This document shows, one piece after another, positions 61,259 through 64,000 of a DNA stretch of 64,000 bases. Within the stretch, counting starts at the first letter, position 1, and each line of letters begins with the position of its first letter. The position numbers were made by a program, and so were the translations under genes. The notes beneath the pieces were generated by a model that saw only the letters and a program-made list of their open reading frames with translations, did not search any database and was not told the origin of the DNA. The DNA comes from Malacoraja senta. Its lineage: Eukaryota. Where the stretch lies: contig CM075981.1 of NCBI GenBank assembly GCA_038087875.1, positions 67,084,001-67,148,000 of the forward strand, read 5' to 3'.

Positions 61259-64000
61259 ATTCCAACAGCAATCTGACTGCAAAAGGGCTGTTAACTGTAA
61301 AGGACTTTGGTTTTCCCGGGAAGGTGGAATGTTCAGCATAAATCTAAGATTTCCTTTGTTGGTTCTCGATTATCATGATAAATATCTCCCAATCCTTTGG
61401 CAGTCAACAGTAAACAGTTTGAAATGTTACTCGACTTCCTTATTCAGTGGAGTCAGGAGAGAGAGGCGGGGCAAGGTTAACAGAAGCCACATTTCTGCAT
61501 CACGTCATGAATTAAGGATGTCTCATTGCCAGTGAAGTGCTTTCTGAATTCTACTTTGCAGAGCCACAGAACAAAAATAGTGAGGGAGTGGGATTGTTCT
61601 GTGAGCTGGAGTTGATGTGTATTAGTTTATTACTGCCATGTATCCCGAGATCCAGTGAAAAACTTTGTTTTGTTTGCTGTCCAGCCAGATCATATCAGTC
61701 TGAAGAAGAGTCTTGACATGAAACATCACCTCTCCATTTTCACTGGAGATGCTGCCTGACCCGCTGAGTTACTCAGCAATTTGTATCTATCTTTCAAATC
61801 ATATCATACATGATGAGTATAATCAAAGCATATACAGTATGAGTTGATGGGCCAAAATGGCTTTACCTATGTAACATGGAAATATAAAGAGTTAATTGAT
61901 GTGATTATATTTTGTTTCCTTTAGTTTCATGAATGTCCCTTGTTGTGGTGTGTTGATGGAAAGCCACCAGCGCTCTGAAGGTTAATGCTCTCACTGTGCC
62001 GCCCTAATTGCATGCTGATGGCAACCATTTCAGACGAAGGGCAACATTCCGACAGGAGAGAGTCAGCACCTGAAATGGCACACCTGCCCTCCTCTCCTCT
62101 TTCTCAACGCCATTTCACAGCAAATCACCTAATGCTCTTCCACGCATGAACTCCCTCCTTGTTTGCACAGAAATATGCACACTGCTTTCTCAGCCCAATT
62201 TTCCCACTTTGAAGTCTGAAGTGTGATTGCATTGGACTTTAACTGCCCGCTTTATCATTTCTACATGAGCTCCGCTTCCATTTTCACATCTTCTCACTGT
62301 CAGTGATCCTTGACTAAACCAATCAACCCTCTGAATAAAGGATCTGATTACACAGAGAGGCCGAGACACAAACTCTTAGCCCAAAGTTTTTTTTAACAGC
62401 CGTGGGCTTTAAACAATGGGTCTTTACTGGGGGGGAAAGAGAGTGGGGGAAGGGAAAACAGCCAGTGATCTATCTTCCAGGATTTGTTTAGTGCATAATA
62501 GGATCAAGGTCTCGACCCCCCCCCCCCCCCCCCCACCACCACCACCCCTCCAGAGCCCCCTCCAGAGCCCATTCCCAAAGGTGCTGCAGTCTGCTGATTG
62601 TCTGGATTTAGGCAACAGCAACGCATTTATTTAACATTTTTATTATTGTAAATGCCTCATTTCTTCACAATAAGCGGCATGAAACACGGAATTAGCCAGA
62701 GCTGTGTTTGGAAGTATTGAGCCAGTTGACAGGTTTAGTCAAGGAGGGAGACTGTAAGGAGCAGCTTAAAGAGAATGGAGGCAGCAATGGCTTTTGAGGG
62801 TGTTTGGCTCGGGGAGATGGGGGCATGTGGATGAAGGAACTGCAGATGTTGGTTTAAACCGAAGATAGACACAAAATGCTGGAGTAACTCAGCGGGACAG
62901 GCAGCACCTCTGGAGAGAAGGAATGGGTGACCTTTCGGGTTGAGACCCTTCTTCAGGCTGAGGGCATGTGGATGAAATGCAGGCATGCTCATCAAACGTT
63001 GCCAATTCCTTCCCCCTACTGATGTTGCTAGACTCACTGAGTTCCTCCAGCAGTTTGTTTTTGCTCTAGACTTGAGCATCTACTGTCTCTTGTGTCCTCT
63101 TTCATCCTGCAACCTTCAGTTTATGATTTTCTGCACACCTGCAGAAAGTGTTGGAACCAGAACACAACTGCCCACTGATAGCCTCGCCAATCTTCCACGT
63201 AATTTTATTTAATGCTCAATGCTTCTGCTTCTCTTTTTCCCGTGGTTGGAGAAGCAAGAACCAGAGGACATAGGTTTAAGATGAGAGAGGGAAGAATTAA
63301 GGAACATGAAGGACAACTTTTTCACATAGAGGGTGAGGGTGGTATGGAGCAAGATGGCAAATGGAGTGGTTGAGACGGGTCCAATAGCAACATTTACAAC
63401 CCATTTGGAAGGGTACATGTATAGGAAATGTTTAGAGGGATATACTGTAACTCAAATGCAGGAAAATTGGGTCTAACTTAGAAGGGCATTAGGTCAGCTT
63501 GGACTGATTGGGTCGAAGGTTCTGTTTTTTCTATTGTTTGGCTTATTAGCCACTTTCTCAACCATTCCTTCCTCAAACAATTTGTACACAATCACATCCC
63601 ATTGCCCTGCACACTCTTTAAAATCATATCCTGTAAATCATACCATTTTCCAACCAAACGGTATCATTTTGCAGTTCTCTGAATTATATTTCATCTGTCA
63701 CTTCTTACCCATTCAACCAACCTCCACACATCCTCTTTAAGTCAGTGCTGGCACGGCCCAGTGTGTGAGTATAAGCTTGAAACGTTCAGAGCTGTGATCA
63801 TCTGGAAGTGCAGAGTAACTGATCCTCTCAGCTGCCCACAGATATCCCCACTGTCACAGAAGCTGGATCTCATCAATTCGACTCGCTCCACATGATATTA
63901 TAATGTAGCTGAGATCATTGGATGCAGCGGAGACTGTGGGATCAGACACTGTCCCAGCTGTAGTGCTGAGGATGTGCGCTCCAGCTGGGGCCCATTCCAG

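Overview
Vertebrate genomic DNA, most likely a cartilaginous fish (skate/ray-like), inferred from HE1-type V-SINEs, abundant CR1 LINE fragments and Penelope repeats. The + strand carries the last 21 coding exons of INTS1 (Integrator complex subunit 1), from 1339 to the stop at 52723. All splice phases are compatible, one intron has a GC donor, and poly(A) signals lie near 53.5 kb. Introns and the 3' flank are rich in CR1, Rex1/Babar-like, Penelope (GIY-YIG plus hammerhead-like terminal motif), V-SINE and MITE remnants, and there are two assembly gaps. The most notable unexplained structures are: (1) a chain of minus-strand exon-like segments at 31.5-36.8 kb interleaved with INTS1 exons, a candidate antisense nested gene, pseudogene or lncRNA; (2) three diverged GC-rich non-autonomous elements sharing covarying hairpins; (3) many minimal hammerhead-like motifs; (4) a decayed tandem copy of an INTS1 exon; (5) a fully palindromic 339-bp Harbinger-type MITE. 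All identifications were made by eye and from recalled sequences; no database searches were run, and repeat boundaries are approximate.
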